Source: Rhodoferax sp. (GTDB lineage Bacteria > Pseudomonadota > Gammaproteobacteria > Burkholderiales > Burkholderiaceae_C). Taken from it: 57,887 nucleotides of DNA. Position numbers and translations under genes: made by a program. This document shows positions 9,969 to 19,170 of the stretch, piece after piece. The stretch covers positions 1 through 57,887 of the forward strand of contig JANNMM010000069.1 in NCBI GenBank assembly GCA_031397915.1, given 5' to 3'. How positions within the stretch are numbered: position 1 is the stretch's first letter; each line of letters starts with the position of its first letter. The notes beneath the pieces were generated by a model. The model was given only the letters and a program-made list of their open reading frames with translations. It made no database searches and had not been told where the DNA came from.

Positions 9969-10523
9969 ATGATCAAAAAACACTTATTCGCGGTCGCTCT
10001 GCTGTCGGCCTCATGTGTCCACGCGCAGGAGTCGCGGGTAGAGACTCAGGCTATCCGGTGCGCTGCCTTGTCCTTTATTTTTACATCGGTGGCACCGGAT
10101 TCCGCTAGCTTCGCGCGGAAAATGTCCGATGCGGCGGCCTTCTATGGAGACGTTTTTAGCGCGGGCCGTATGGTGCGGACTGGCTTTATTGTGACCAACG
10201 GGGAGGTGGCCGCCCGCCGCGAATTGGCCCTGCAAGAGTTCAGGGGGTCGTGGAAGTGGGCATCTGCTGCGGTAGTTCGCGAAGCTGCCTTGTGCAGCGC
10301 TTGGAGCGGCGAGTTTGTCCCCAGAGTCGTTGCAGGGCCAAACATCGAGAGTGCAGATGACATGCTCCGAATCGTAGGCGAGCCCCCCGCACAGCCCCCG
10401 CCTGAGCAAGTGGAACTATGGCGCTCGGTGGTGCCCCGTGCGTTTGACTTGTGGGCCGCGCTAGAGTACGCCACATCCGCCTCAGCACGAAAGAAGATTG
10501 AAGACTCGCTGAAGCGGCCATGA
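9969..10523 (+). CDS. Hypothetical secreted protein (island cargo)
   Basis: 184 aa; signal peptide MIKKHLFAVALLSASCVHAQ; GAGGTGA upstream; no family recognised. Confidence 0.6.
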   Translation: MIKKHLFAVALLSASCVHAQESRVETQAIRCAALSFIFTSVAPDSASFARKMSDAAAFYGDVFSAGRMVRTGFIVTNGEVAARRELALQEFRGSWKWASAAVVREAALCSAWSGEFVPRVVAGPNIESADDMLRIVGEPPAQPPPEQVELWRSVVPRAFDLWAALEYATSASARKKIEDSLKRP

Positions 10524-10670
10524 GCCTGGCACAGACTGCGGGATTGCTGCGTCTTCGCCTTGGGGGCACCGTATGTCCACAAAGGGGGCGGGGGATGGCA
10601 CCGGGGGGAACTAGCTGAGCGCCATTGCCTCGCATGCCCTCTCGGACTATTGCTGCAAAAATTTCTGAGT

Positions 10671-12050
10671 TTAGGTTGCTCTCGTAGCCAGTGCAGATGC
10701 TGCCGCCTCCACCTTGGCACCGTACCGCAGCTTCTTGGATGTCTCTACCGCGTTCTTCCTGTTGCCCCCTGCTGAATAGGTATCACCGGCCAGCGTGCCC
10801 ACCTTTTGCCCCACAAACCGGGCAATGGGCACCTGTCCAACACCAGCCGCTTCCAGCACGGTTATGACATTCCGCCTGAATGAGTGGAAGTCTGTGCCAT
10901 CGGGCACATGACAGGCCCGCCGATACCGCCCGTAGGCTTTGACGGCTGATGAAGACAATTTCTTATCAAGCCCACCTCGGGTCAATTCGGGGAACACCTG
11001 GGCGGTTCCCTTGATGCCCTTCAGTCGCCGCTTCAGGACTGCCAGCGGGGCCGGGTGTGTGATTGCCACCAACCGTATCCCGGCTTTGGTTTTGGAGTCA
11101 ATGATATTGAGGATACAGTAATCGGCTTTCATCTCTACCGTATCGGGCGTCAGGCTGCACAGTTCATCTTCACGGGAACCGGTGAACAGGCCAAGAATAA
11201 GGAGGTCAGGGATATACGAATAGGTAGGCCACGCCTTCACTCTCTCATTGCCCGCGAACAACCGCAACAACTCAGCATCGGTGTATGTTCGCTTTTCTGG
11301 GCTTCGCCCTTTGTTCCGTTCCCTGCTTACCTTGTGCCCTGTCCAAGGGTTCACACCAGAGGCGACAGCATCACGCGAAGCCAGCCAATTCCAGAAACTT
11401 CCCAGTGAGACAAGCCTATCCCGGATGGTGCTGTGGGCAAGTGGCGGGGTTCGTTGCGTCAGGTTCGTGTCGATGTATGACATTGCCAGCTTGCGGGTGA
11501 CATCTGCGGGGGTGGCATGGTCGTTGCTGATAAACGCCAGCACTTCAGCCAGGGCCTTCTGATGGCCCGCGTTGGTTGAGGCTTTGTAGTCACTGACGCG
11601 AAGCCATTCCGCCATCAGCTCGGGCAAGGTGGCGCTGGTGGTTGTCGCGGCCCTGAACCATCGCTTCGCCTTGTCCGTTCCGTAGAGCCGTTCCAGTTCC
11701 TCAGCCTTGGTGATTACATGGTCATGAATGACACTGTGCAATACACCCTCATCGTCGGCAGACTCAGCGGCCTTCAGCTCCTCTCGCCACACCTTGGCAT
11801 CAGCAAACGATATACCGCGCCCTTGCGCCTCTGTAGGGGCCTTCCTGAGCCTCTCAAGTTCAGCCTTGATCTTCCCCACCACGGCATGTTTAAGCCTGTT
11901 GGCTTCGGGCTTGTCGCCCGTTTCCAGCGTGCGCCTGATGTGTGACTGTCCGGTGTACTGTTCCAGCGTCCGGGGGACTCTGACGCGTGCATAGTAAGTG
12001 CCACCAACCCGTTGAAGGTACTGGTCTGGATTGCCGCGCTTGGTATGCAT
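10671..12050 (-). CDS. Tyrosine-type site-specific integrase
   Basis: 459 aa; phage-integrase C-terminal catalytic region (TGSREDELCSL...; HSFRRNVITVLE...; final Y in GDTYSAG); sits next to attR. Confidence 0.92.
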   Translation of the reverse strand: MHTKRGNPDQYLQRVGGTYYARVRVPRTLEQYTGQSHIRRTLETGDKPEANRLKHAVVGKIKAELERLRKAPTEAQGRGISFADAKVWREELKAAESADDEGVLHSVIHDHVITKAEELERLYGTDKAKRWFRAATTTSATLPELMAEWLRVSDYKASTNAGHQKALAEVLAFISNDHATPADVTRKLAMSYIDTNLTQRTPPLAHSTIRDRLVSLGSFWNWLASRDAVASGVNPWTGHKVSRERNKGRSPEKRTYTDAELLRLFAGNERVKAWPTYSYIPDLLILGLFTGSREDELCSLTPDTVEMKADYCILNIIDSKTKAGIRLVAITHPAPLAVLKRRLKGIKGTAQVFPELTRGGLDKKLSSSAVKAYGRYRRACHVPDGTDFHSFRRNVITVLEAAGVGQVPIARFVGQKVGTLAGDTYSAGGNRKNAVETSKKLRYGAKVEAAASALATRAT

Positions 12051-12056
12051 AAATTA

Positions 12057-12085
12057 GGGGGGTGTGGGTGCAGGCTGTGGGTGCA
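12057..12085 (+). repeat. Right-end tandem repeat GGGGGGTGTGGGTGCA-GGC-TGTGGGTGCA (candidate arm-type sites / int promoter region)
   Basis: TGTGGGTGCA at 12063-12072 and 12076-12085; begins 7 bp upstream of the integrase start codon (12050, minus strand). Confidence 0.7.
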
Positions 12086-12148
12086 TGATTATGGTCTGCA
12101 ACCCGCACAGGCCCGTGTTTCCTCGCTTTTTTGGCCCCTTGACGTGGT

Positions 12149-12167
12149 GCCCCATCAGCCACCCCAA
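12149..12167 (+). repeat. attR core (duplicate of the tRNA-His 3' end)
   Basis: GCCCCATCAGCCACCCCAA, identical to 7427-7445. Confidence 0.85.
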
Positions 12168-12203
12168 ATTATTTGCGAAACACAGCGCCTTTTCAAGCGA
12201 TAA

Positions 12204-12240
12204 AGCCCGCTATCGAAACGATAGTGGGCTTTTTTGTTTT
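12204..12240 (+). terminator. Rho-independent terminator just outside attR (probably the original tRNA-His terminator)
   Basis: AGCCCGCTATCG-AAA-CGATAGTGGGCT (12-bp stem, one G-U pair) followed by TTTTTGTTTTT. Confidence 0.7.
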
Positions 12241-12289
12241 TGCGTAATAGAATTAAAGCGTCCACGTGACTCCGACAAACCCTTGAACC

Positions 12290-12472
12290 ATGGCACACGC
12301 TGTTGAAATCATCATTGGCATGTTGGTCTTGCTGGGTCTGCCACTTTTTCTCGGCATTGTCTGGCTGGTTCGAAGAAACCAGCGCCGTCGTCGCGCTGCG
12401 CTCGAGTTGAAGAATGGCAACCGGATCTACAGCCAGTGGCGCCGGGGTGCCGCCAACCCGCCACCCCATTAG
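12290..12472 (+). CDS. Possible small membrane protein (60 aa)
   Basis: One TM helix (IIIGMLVLLGLPLFLGIVWLV) then a basic tail; no clear RBS. Confidence 0.3.
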   Translation: MAHAVEIIIGMLVLLGLPLFLGIVWLVRRNQRRRRAALELKNGNRIYSQWRRGAANPPPH

Positions 12473-12496
12473 GCCTGCTTTGCCGGGCGCTCGGTT

Positions 12497-13786
12497 TCAG
12501 GCCGGTTGGACCAATCCGCAGATGCCGTTGATCTCACTGTCACTGAAGCCGCGCTTACGCAGCATTTCAACGGTGTGTTCACCCAAATTCGGCGCAGGTG
12601 ACGGGGCCGTGCAGGGCGTGCCAAACCAGCGGGTTGGCGTGCGCATGGTGTGCAGCTTGCCCTCGCTCGGGTGGTCAACCTCGGGGAAGAATCCCACGGC
12701 TTTCAAGTGCGGATCCTTCAGCAGATCTTCGGGCGAATTGATCCGCATGTTCGGAATGTCGGCCTCATCGAGAAGCGCCTCCCACTGGGCGGTGGTGCGC
12801 GTACGCATGACGGCGCCAACCTGCGCATAGACCCAGTCGATATTGGCCGAGCGCTCCTTGTGGGAGCGGAAACGGACGTCGCCCGATATTGCGCCGATCT
12901 CTGGCACAGCTTCGAAAAAACTTTGCCAGTGTTTGTCGTTGTAGATCAGCACACACAGGCAGCCATCCGAGGTGTCATAGGGGCGCCTGTGGGGCGTGAT
13001 CAGGCGCCCATAACCGCCTTCGCCCAGTGGCGGATCAAAACTCAGCCCGGCCATGTGGTCGCCCAGCACGAATTGGGTCAAGGCCTCGAACATCGGCACT
13101 TCCACCATCTGCCCCTGTCCCGATTTCTCCCGCGCATACAGGGCTGCGGTGACGGCATAAACAGCGTGAAGCCCGGTCACGCGGTCAGCCAGTGTGACGG
13201 GTGCATAACCGGGCTCGGGCCCCCTGTAGCGCTGCATGAGCCAGGGCAATCCGACAGCGCCCTGAATTAAATCGTCATACGCCGGTTTGGCGGCATAGGG
13301 GCCTTCCTGGCCAAAACCGACGCAACTGACGTAAATGATTTTTGAATTGCGTGCCTTGACCGTTTCATAGTCGAGGCCCAGGCGCGCCATTGCCTGCGGG
13401 CGGACGTTGGAGATCATCACATCGGACGTTTCGGCAAGGCGCAACAGCGCCTCAACCGCTGACGGTTTTTTCAGGTCCAGCACCACACTCTTCTTGCCAC
13501 TGTTGACATGCAGGAAGATATGCCCCATCGCGGGGTTGCGCATGGGCCCCACATTGCGAACGTTGTCTCCTGAAGGGGGCTCAATTTTGATCACTTCGGC
13601 GCCCAAAGCCGCCAGGGTCTGTGTGGCTGAAGGGCCCATCAAGACGGCGGTGAGGTCAAGAATCCTGACGCCGGCAAGCGGGCCAGTTGGCGCGGCGGCG
13701 GCGTTCGGTGCCGGGGGTGGGTTGGAGGACATGGATGTTGTGTGGCGGGTTGGTTGAAGGGGAACCTTGATCCCATCGTAATCCAC
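12497..13786 (-). CDS. Family III CoA-transferase (CaiB/BaiF family)
   Basis: 429-aa ORF (GTG start at 13786; alternative ATG at 13732); GVRILDLTAVLMGPSATQTLAALGAEVIKIEPPSGD. Confidence 0.88.
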   Translation of the reverse strand: MDYDGIKVPLQPTRHTTSMSSNPPPAPNAAAAPTGPLAGVRILDLTAVLMGPSATQTLAALGAEVIKIEPPSGDNVRNVGPMRNPAMGHIFLHVNSGKKSVVLDLKKPSAVEALLRLAETSDVMISNVRPQAMARLGLDYETVKARNSKIIYVSCVGFGQEGPYAAKPAYDDLIQGAVGLPWLMQRYRGPEPGYAPVTLADRVTGLHAVYAVTAALYAREKSGQGQMVEVPMFEALTQFVLGDHMAGLSFDPPLGEGGYGRLITPHRRPYDTSDGCLCVLIYNDKHWQSFFEAVPEIGAISGDVRFRSHKERSANIDWVYAQVGAVMRTRTTAQWEALLDEADIPNMRINSPEDLLKDPHLKAVGFFPEVDHPSEGKLHTMRTPTRWFGTPCTAPSPAPNLGEHTVEMLRKRGFSDSEINGICGLVQPA

Positions 13787-13894
13787 TGGGGTATGGGTAC
13801 GTATTTTCCCTAGTCAAATTTGGATGGACTGCCTCAGGAAAAGCCAATTGGCCAGTGCATCATCGGAGGGTTTCAAAACTTGAAGGAGATGTGT

Positions 13895-14863
13895 ATGCGC
13901 CGAGATGCTTTTGTGAGATCCATGGCTGCCCTGGCGGCAGCCGCCGCGTCCGGCGGATTGTCGCTGTCAGCGTGGGCTGGGGCCAATATCAAGATGATGA
14001 TTCCGGCCAATCCGGGCGGCGGTTGGGACACCACGGGCCGTGCACTGGCACGCGCCATGCAGGACGCCAAAGTCGCTGACTCCGTGAATTTCGAGAACAA
14101 GGGCGGGGCCGCCGGCGCCCTGGGCCTGGCCCAGTTTGTCAACGCCAGCAAAGGCGATCCGAATGCCGTCATGGTGATGGGCGCCGTGATGCTCGGAGGC
14201 ATCATTACCGGCAAACCGGCCGTCAACTTGAGCACCCTGACCCCATTGGCCCGGCTGACCAGCGAATACAACGTGTTTGTGCTGCCGGCCAATTCACCCT
14301 TCAAGACCATGAAGGACGTGGTTGAGCAGCTCAAGAAAGATCCGGGCAGCGTCAAATGGGGCGGCGGCTCGCGCGGCTCCACCGAACACATCGCGGCAGC
14401 GATGATCGCCCGCGAAGTGGGTGTGGACGCGTCCAAGATCAATTACGTGGCGTTCCGTGGCGGTGGCGAGGCGACTGCGGCAATTCTGGGCGGCAACGTG
14501 ACCGTCGGCGGCAGCGGCTACAGCGAATTCTCGGAGTACATCAGCAGCGGCAAAATGCGCGCGATCGGGGTCACCTCCGGCGCCCGCCTGAAGGGTGTGG
14601 CGATTCCCACCCTCAAGGAGCAGGGCATCAATGTTGAGATCGGCAATTGGCGCGGCGTTTATGGGGCGCCCGGCATCAATGCCGAACAACGCAAAACTTT
14701 GGTTGACTTGATCGTCAAGGCAACCAAATCCAAAGCCTGGGCCGAGGCCCTTGAAAAGAACACCTGGACGCCCGCCTTGCTGACCGGTGCCGATTTTGAG
14801 AAGTTCGTCGACGACGACTTCGCCTCCTTGCGGGCGACCATGGTCAAGTCCGGAATGGTTTGA
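13895..14863 (+). CDS. tctC: Tripartite tricarboxylate transporter substrate-binding protein (Bug/TctC family)
   Basis: ATG 13895 preceded by AAGGAG (13883-13888); signal peptide MRRDAFVRSMAALAAAAASGGLSLSAWA; ORF-track start 13820 not used. Confidence 0.88.
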   Translation: MRRDAFVRSMAALAAAAASGGLSLSAWAGANIKMMIPANPGGGWDTTGRALARAMQDAKVADSVNFENKGGAAGALGLAQFVNASKGDPNAVMVMGAVMLGGIITGKPAVNLSTLTPLARLTSEYNVFVLPANSPFKTMKDVVEQLKKDPGSVKWGGGSRGSTEHIAAAMIAREVGVDASKINYVAFRGGGEATAAILGGNVTVGGSGYSEFSEYISSGKMRAIGVTSGARLKGVAIPTLKEQGINVEIGNWRGVYGAPGINAEQRKTLVDLIVKATKSKAWAEALEKNTWTPALLTGADFEKFVDDDFASLRATMVKSGMV

Positions 14864-14873
14864 GCCTTTGGCC

Positions 14874-15383
14874 GTGCCAAGCTTAGCCTCAACCCGCTTG
14901 CAGACTGGCGTTGCAGCGGGCGTTCTCCTGCTGGGCCTGGCCATGGCGGGTGGTGCTTTGACTATTCCTTCAGCCGCTGGTTATGCGGGGGTCGGGCCAA
15001 ATTTCCTGCCCTGGGTGGTGTCGATTGCCTTGACGGTATGTGGCGGCTTCATGCTCTTTGAGGCGCGCAGCGGCGGCTTTCGGGAATTGGATGCGCCAGA
15101 CGATGATGCCACCGGTCCGTATTGGGGTGGCTTCGTCTGGATGTCGGCCGGACTCCTGGCCAATGCCGCGTTAATCACGACCATCGGTTTCATTTTCAGC
15201 TGCACAGTGTGTTTTGTGCTGGCGGCGCGCGGCTTGCGTCTGGCCGGTGGCCAAAACACCAACGCCAAAACTTGGTTGAACGATACCCTCACCGGTTTGC
15301 TGATCGCAGCGCCGGTGTTCTGGATGTTCACCAAATTTCTGGCCATCAACCTGCCGGGCATCACCGGTACCGGCTGGCTCTGA
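14874..15383 (+). CDS. tctB: Tripartite tricarboxylate transporter small membrane subunit (TctB family)
   Basis: Hydrophobic 4-TM protein between tctC and tctA; start uncertain (in-frame GTG 14874; frame open from 14787). Confidence 0.7.
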   Translation: MPSLASTRLQTGVAAGVLLLGLAMAGGALTIPSAAGYAGVGPNFLPWVVSIALTVCGGFMLFEARSGGFRELDAPDDDATGPYWGGFVWMSAGLLANAALITTIGFIFSCTVCFVLAARGLRLAGGQNTNAKTWLNDTLTGLLIAAPVFWMFTKFLAINLPGITGTGWL

Positions 15384-15414
15384 CGGGTCGCTTGCGCACC
15401 GGGCTGCATACCGT

Positions 15415-16911
15415 ATGGACATCTGGAATTCACTGCTACAGGGTTTCGCCACTGCGGGCACGCCCATCAACCTGATGTGGGCCTTCATCGGCTGCGCACT
15501 GGGTACGGCGGTGGGCGTGTTGCCCGGCATTGGCCCGGCCACGGCGGTGGCGATGTTGTTGCCCATCACGGCCAAGGTCGACGCGACGGCGTCAATGATC
15601 TTTTTCGCCGGCATCTATTACGGCGCCATGTATGGTGGCTCCACCACGTCCATCCTGCTCAACACGCCGGGCGAGACCGCGACCATGGTCACCGCGATGG
15701 AGGGCAACAAAATGGCCAAAAGTGGCCGTGCCGGTGCTGCGCTGGCGACCTCGGCCATCGGTTCCTTTGTGGCCGGTACCATCGCCACGGTGCTGGTCAC
15801 CCTGTTCGCGCCCTTTGTGGCGGAACAGGCCGTGAAACTCGGGCCACCTGAATATTTCATGCTGATGCTGCTGGCCTTCACCACGGTGAGTGCGGTGCTC
15901 GGTCAAAGTACGGTGCGCGGGTTGACAGCGCTGTTTGTCGGGCTGGCGGCCGGGCTGGTGGGCATGGACCAGATCACCGGGCAGGCACGTTACACGGGGG
16001 GCGTGCCCGAGCTTCTTGACGGGGTTGAAATCGTGCTCGTCGCAGTCGGCCTGTTTGCGGTTGCCGAGGCACTGCATGCTGTGTTGTTTGAAGGCAAGGT
16101 GCGTGAGTCTGAAAACAAGATGAGCAGGGTCACCATGAGCGCGCGCGACTGGAAACGCTCCATCCCCGCCTGGCTGCGCGGCACGGCGATCGGTGCACCT
16201 TTTGGCTGCATCCCGGCCGGCGGCACCGAAATTCCGACCTTTCTGAGTTACGCCACCGAGAAGAAACTCGCCAAAGGCGAGAACCTGGTCGAGTTTGGCG
16301 GCAAGGGCGCGATTGAAGGCGTGGCCGGCCCCGAGGCCGCCAACAACGCCACCGTGACGGCCGCGCTGATTCCGCTGTTGACTTTGGGCATTCCCGTTTC
16401 GAACACCACGGCGGTTTTGCTGGGTGCATTCCAGAACTACGGCATCCAGCCCGGGCCGCAACTCTTTACCAGCTCGGCCAGCCTGGTGTGGGCGTTGATC
16501 GCGTCGCTTTATATCGGCAACGTGATGTTGTTGATCCTGAACCTGCCCCTGGTCGGCCTGTGGGTGAAGCTGCTCAAGGTGCCCAAGCCGCAGCTCTATG
16601 CCGGCATTTTGATTTTTGCCACTGTCGGCGCGTATGGCATGCGGCAAAGCGCGTTTGATTTGTTTTTGCTTTACGGCATTGGCGTGTTGGGCCTGATCAT
16701 GCGCCGCTTCAATTTCCCGACCGCACCGGTGGTGGTGGGCATGATTCTCGGGCCATTGGCCGAGGCGCAGCTGCGCAACGCCATGTCGATTGGCGAGGGC
16801 AGTGCGATGGTGTTTTTGCAGCGGCCGATGTCGCTGGCCCTTTTGGTGGTGGTGGTCGCGGTGCTGGTGTTGCCCCGCTTGATGAAAAAACGCGGCGTGG
16901 TGGTGTCATGA
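15415..16911 (+). CDS. tctA: Tripartite tricarboxylate transporter permease (TctA family)
   Basis: 498-aa polytopic membrane protein ([17 protein letters not shown]...). Confidence 0.9.
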   Translation: MDIWNSLLQGFATAGTPINLMWAFIGCALGTAVGVLPGIGPATAVAMLLPITAKVDATASMIFFAGIYYGAMYGGSTTSILLNTPGETATMVTAMEGNKMAKSGRAGAALATSAIGSFVAGTIATVLVTLFAPFVAEQAVKLGPPEYFMLMLLAFTTVSAVLGQSTVRGLTALFVGLAAGLVGMDQITGQARYTGGVPELLDGVEIVLVAVGLFAVAEALHAVLFEGKVRESENKMSRVTMSARDWKRSIPAWLRGTAIGAPFGCIPAGGTEIPTFLSYATEKKLAKGENLVEFGGKGAIEGVAGPEAANNATVTAALIPLLTLGIPVSNTTAVLLGAFQNYGIQPGPQLFTSSASLVWALIASLYIGNVMLLILNLPLVGLWVKLLKVPKPQLYAGILIFATVGAYGMRQSAFDLFLLYGIGVLGLIMRRFNFPTAPVVVGMILGPLAEAQLRNAMSIGEGSAMVFLQRPMSLALLVVVVAVLVLPRLMKKRGVVVS

Positions 16912-17468
16912 AATTCAAGATGGCGGAGAAATCGCTGTTTGCCATTTTGCTGCGCTCGCCGTGGTGGATCAGCTTCGCGCTGGTGGGTTTGTTTGCGTTG
17001 GCGTCCAAAGCCCTGCTGCCCGATCAATACGTGGTGTACGGTGTGATCGGCTCCTTTCCATTTTTCGGCATTGGTTGTGTGGCCGCGTGGCAGCAATTTC
17101 ACGCGCCCAGCGCAAAGCGGCTTGAAGCCACAGTGCAGCAGGCCGCCGCCATGAGCTGGCGCGAGTTTTCCGCGGCGGTTGAGCGCGGTTTCAGCCGCGA
17201 GGGGTACACGGTTGAACGCATCAGTGGCGCCGCTGACTTCAAGCTCGAAAAAGCCGGACGGACCACACTGCTGTCGGCCAAGCGCTGGAAAGCAGCGAAT
17301 GCTGGCGTCGAGCCGCTGCGAGATCTGGTGCAGCTGCGCGATGCGCAAAAGGCCGACTTGTGCACTTTTATAAGTCTTGGCACACTGTCAGACAGTGCCA
17401 CGCGGTTTGCGCGGGCCAACGGCGTTGAACTGGTTGCGCAGCTCAGGCTGGCGCAAATCATGAAGTAA
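16908..17468 (+). CDS. Membrane-anchored restriction-endonuclease-fold (Mrr_cat-like) protein
   Basis: 186 aa; two N-terminal TM helices, then a segment resembling the Mrr catalytic core (GYTVERISGAADFKLEKAGRTTLLSAKRWK); ATG overlaps the tctA stop (ATGA). Confidence 0.7.
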   Translation: MKFKMAEKSLFAILLRSPWWISFALVGLFALASKALLPDQYVVYGVIGSFPFFGIGCVAAWQQFHAPSAKRLEATVQQAAAMSWREFSAAVERGFSREGYTVERISGAADFKLEKAGRTTLLSAKRWKAANAGVEPLRDLVQLRDAQKADLCTFISLGTLSDSATRFARANGVELVAQLRLAQIMK

Positions 17469-17496
17469 AAAATCCCAACCGAAGAAAGTCAGAACC

Positions 17497-19170
17497 ATGT
17501 CCAAACTGCTCCTCGATTACATCTACGACCACGAAGCCAAACGCGCTGGCGAGGTCTACATGACGCAGCCCATCGGCAACAACCAGGTGGTTGACTACAC
17601 CTGGGCGCAGACGGTGGACCAGGCGCGGCGCATGGCGGCGCACCTGCAAAGCCTGGGCTTTGCGCCTGGCGCGCGCATTGGCATCCTGTCCAAAAACTGC
17701 GCCCACTTTTTCATGGCTGAAATGGCCATCTGGATGGCCGGCTACACCACAGTGGCCATCTTCCCGACCGAAGGGCCCGACACCGTGAATTACGTGCTCA
17801 CCCACTCCGAGGCCAGCCTGCTGTTTGTGGGCAAACTCGACAGCTGGAACAAGCAGGAAAAAGGCGTGCCGGCCGGCATGCCGCGTATCGCTTTCCCCCT
17901 CGCACCCAAAACCTCTTACGACACATGGGACGCCATCATCGGGCGCACCAAACCGATGGGCGGCAAGCCGGCACGCGCGGGCAAAGACCTGGCCATGTTG
18001 ATCTACACCTCGGGTTCCACCGGGCAGCCCAAGGGCGTCATGCACAGCTTTGAGCGCATCACGGTGGTGGGTGAGGGCTTTGCCAATCGCATGGCCCAAT
18101 CCCTGGCGGCCGGGGTGGAGCGCCGCATGTTGTCTTACCTGCCGCTGGCGCACGTGTTCGAGCGCGCCTGCGTTGAAATCCATTCGATGGTGGTGGGCAG
18201 CATGCACGTGTTTTTTGCCGAAACGCTCGACACTTTTGTGGCCGACCTGAACCGCGCACGGCCCACCCTGTTTGTCTCGGTGCCCCGGCTTTGGCTGAAG
18301 TTTCAGCAAGGTGTGTCGGCCAAGATGCCGCCAGCCAAACTCAACCGCCTGTTGTCGATCCCGATCATCAAGGGCATTGTGGCCAAAAAGGTGCTCACCA
18401 CGCTCGGCCTGGACCAGGTCAAGCTGGCAGGCAGCGGCTCGGCGCCTTTGCCGCCATCACTCATCCAGTGGTACCGCAAGCTCGGCCTGAACCTCGTGGA
18501 GGGCTACGGCATGACGGAAGATTTCGCCTATTCCCACACCATGTCTGAAACCCACAACCTCGTGGGCTACGTCGGCCTGCCGTATGAGGGTGTGCAGGTG
18601 CGCATCAGCGCGGAAGGCGAGATCCAGATCAAGTCGCCCGGACAAATGGTGGGCTATTACAAACGGCCCGATCTCGATGCCGAAGTGTTCACCGCAGACG
18701 GCTTCTTCAAAACTGGCGACCAGGGCGAGCGCCAGGCCGACGGCCAGCTCAAGATCACCGGGCGCCTCAAGGAGTTGTTCAAGACCGGTAAGGGCAAATA
18801 CGTGGCGCCGGCCCCGATTGAAAACAAGCTCAATGCCCACCCGATGATCGAGTCCAGCATGGTATCGGGCGTGGGGCAGGCGGCATCGTACGCGCTGGTC
18901 GTGCTGGCCGAAGATGTGCGACCCAAACTGGCTGACCCGGCCGTCAAGGCTGAAGTCACCGAAGCCATGACCAACCTGCTCAAGGAGACCAACTCGGGCC
19001 TGGCCGACTACGAAAAAATGCAGATGATCGTGATTGCCAATGAACCCTGGTCAATCGACAACGGTTGCCTCACACCCACCATGAAAATCAAACGCGCGAA
19101 AATTGAGGCGAATGTGGCACCCAAGGTGGACAAATGGTTTGACAGCAAAGACAAGGTGATGTGGGTCTGA
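17497..19170 (+). CDS. AMP-dependent acyl-CoA synthetase/ligase (long-chain type)
   Basis: 557 aa; AMP-binding signature IYTSGSTGQPKGV, GYGMTE, C-terminal PTMKIKR. Confidence 0.88.
   Translation: MSKLLLDYIYDHEAKRAGEVYMTQPIGNNQVVDYTWAQTVDQARRMAAHLQSLGFAPGARIGILSKNCAHFFMAEMAIWMAGYTTVAIFPTEGPDTVNYVLTHSEASLLFVGKLDSWNKQEKGVPAGMPRIAFPLAPKTSYDTWDAIIGRTKPMGGKPARAGKDLAMLIYTSGSTGQPKGVMHSFERITVVGEGFANRMAQSLAAGVERRMLSYLPLAHVFERACVEIHSMVVGSMHVFFAETLDTFVADLNRARPTLFVSVPRLWLKFQQGVSAKMPPAKLNRLLSIPIIKGIVAKKVLTTLGLDQVKLAGSGSAPLPPSLIQWYRKLGLNLVEGYGMTEDFAYSHTMSETHNLVGYVGLPYEGVQVRISAEGEIQIKSPGQMVGYYKRPDLDAEVFTADGFFKTGDQGERQADGQLKITGRLKELFKTGKGKYVAPAPIENKLNAHPMIESSMVSGVGQAASYALVVLAEDVRPKLADPAVKAEVTEAMTNLLKETNSGLADYEKMQMIVIANEPWSIDNGCLTPTMKIKRAKIEANVAPKVDKWFDSKDKVMWV

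Larger units (their letters stand above)
7427..12167. mobile_element. Integrative element (~4.7 kb) inserted in the 3' end of tRNA-His
   Basis: Bounded by the 19-bp direct repeat GCCCCATCAGCCACCCCAA; carries a tyrosine integrase and a serine recombinase; reads visibly less GC-rich than the flanks (not computed). Confidence 0.8.

Noticed and set aside
9182-10523. Invertible DNA switch controlled by the serine recombinase
   Set aside because: Only direct copies of GGTTTCGGTATA were found. I saw no inverted copy (TATACCGAAACC) or other flanking inverted repeats in the element.
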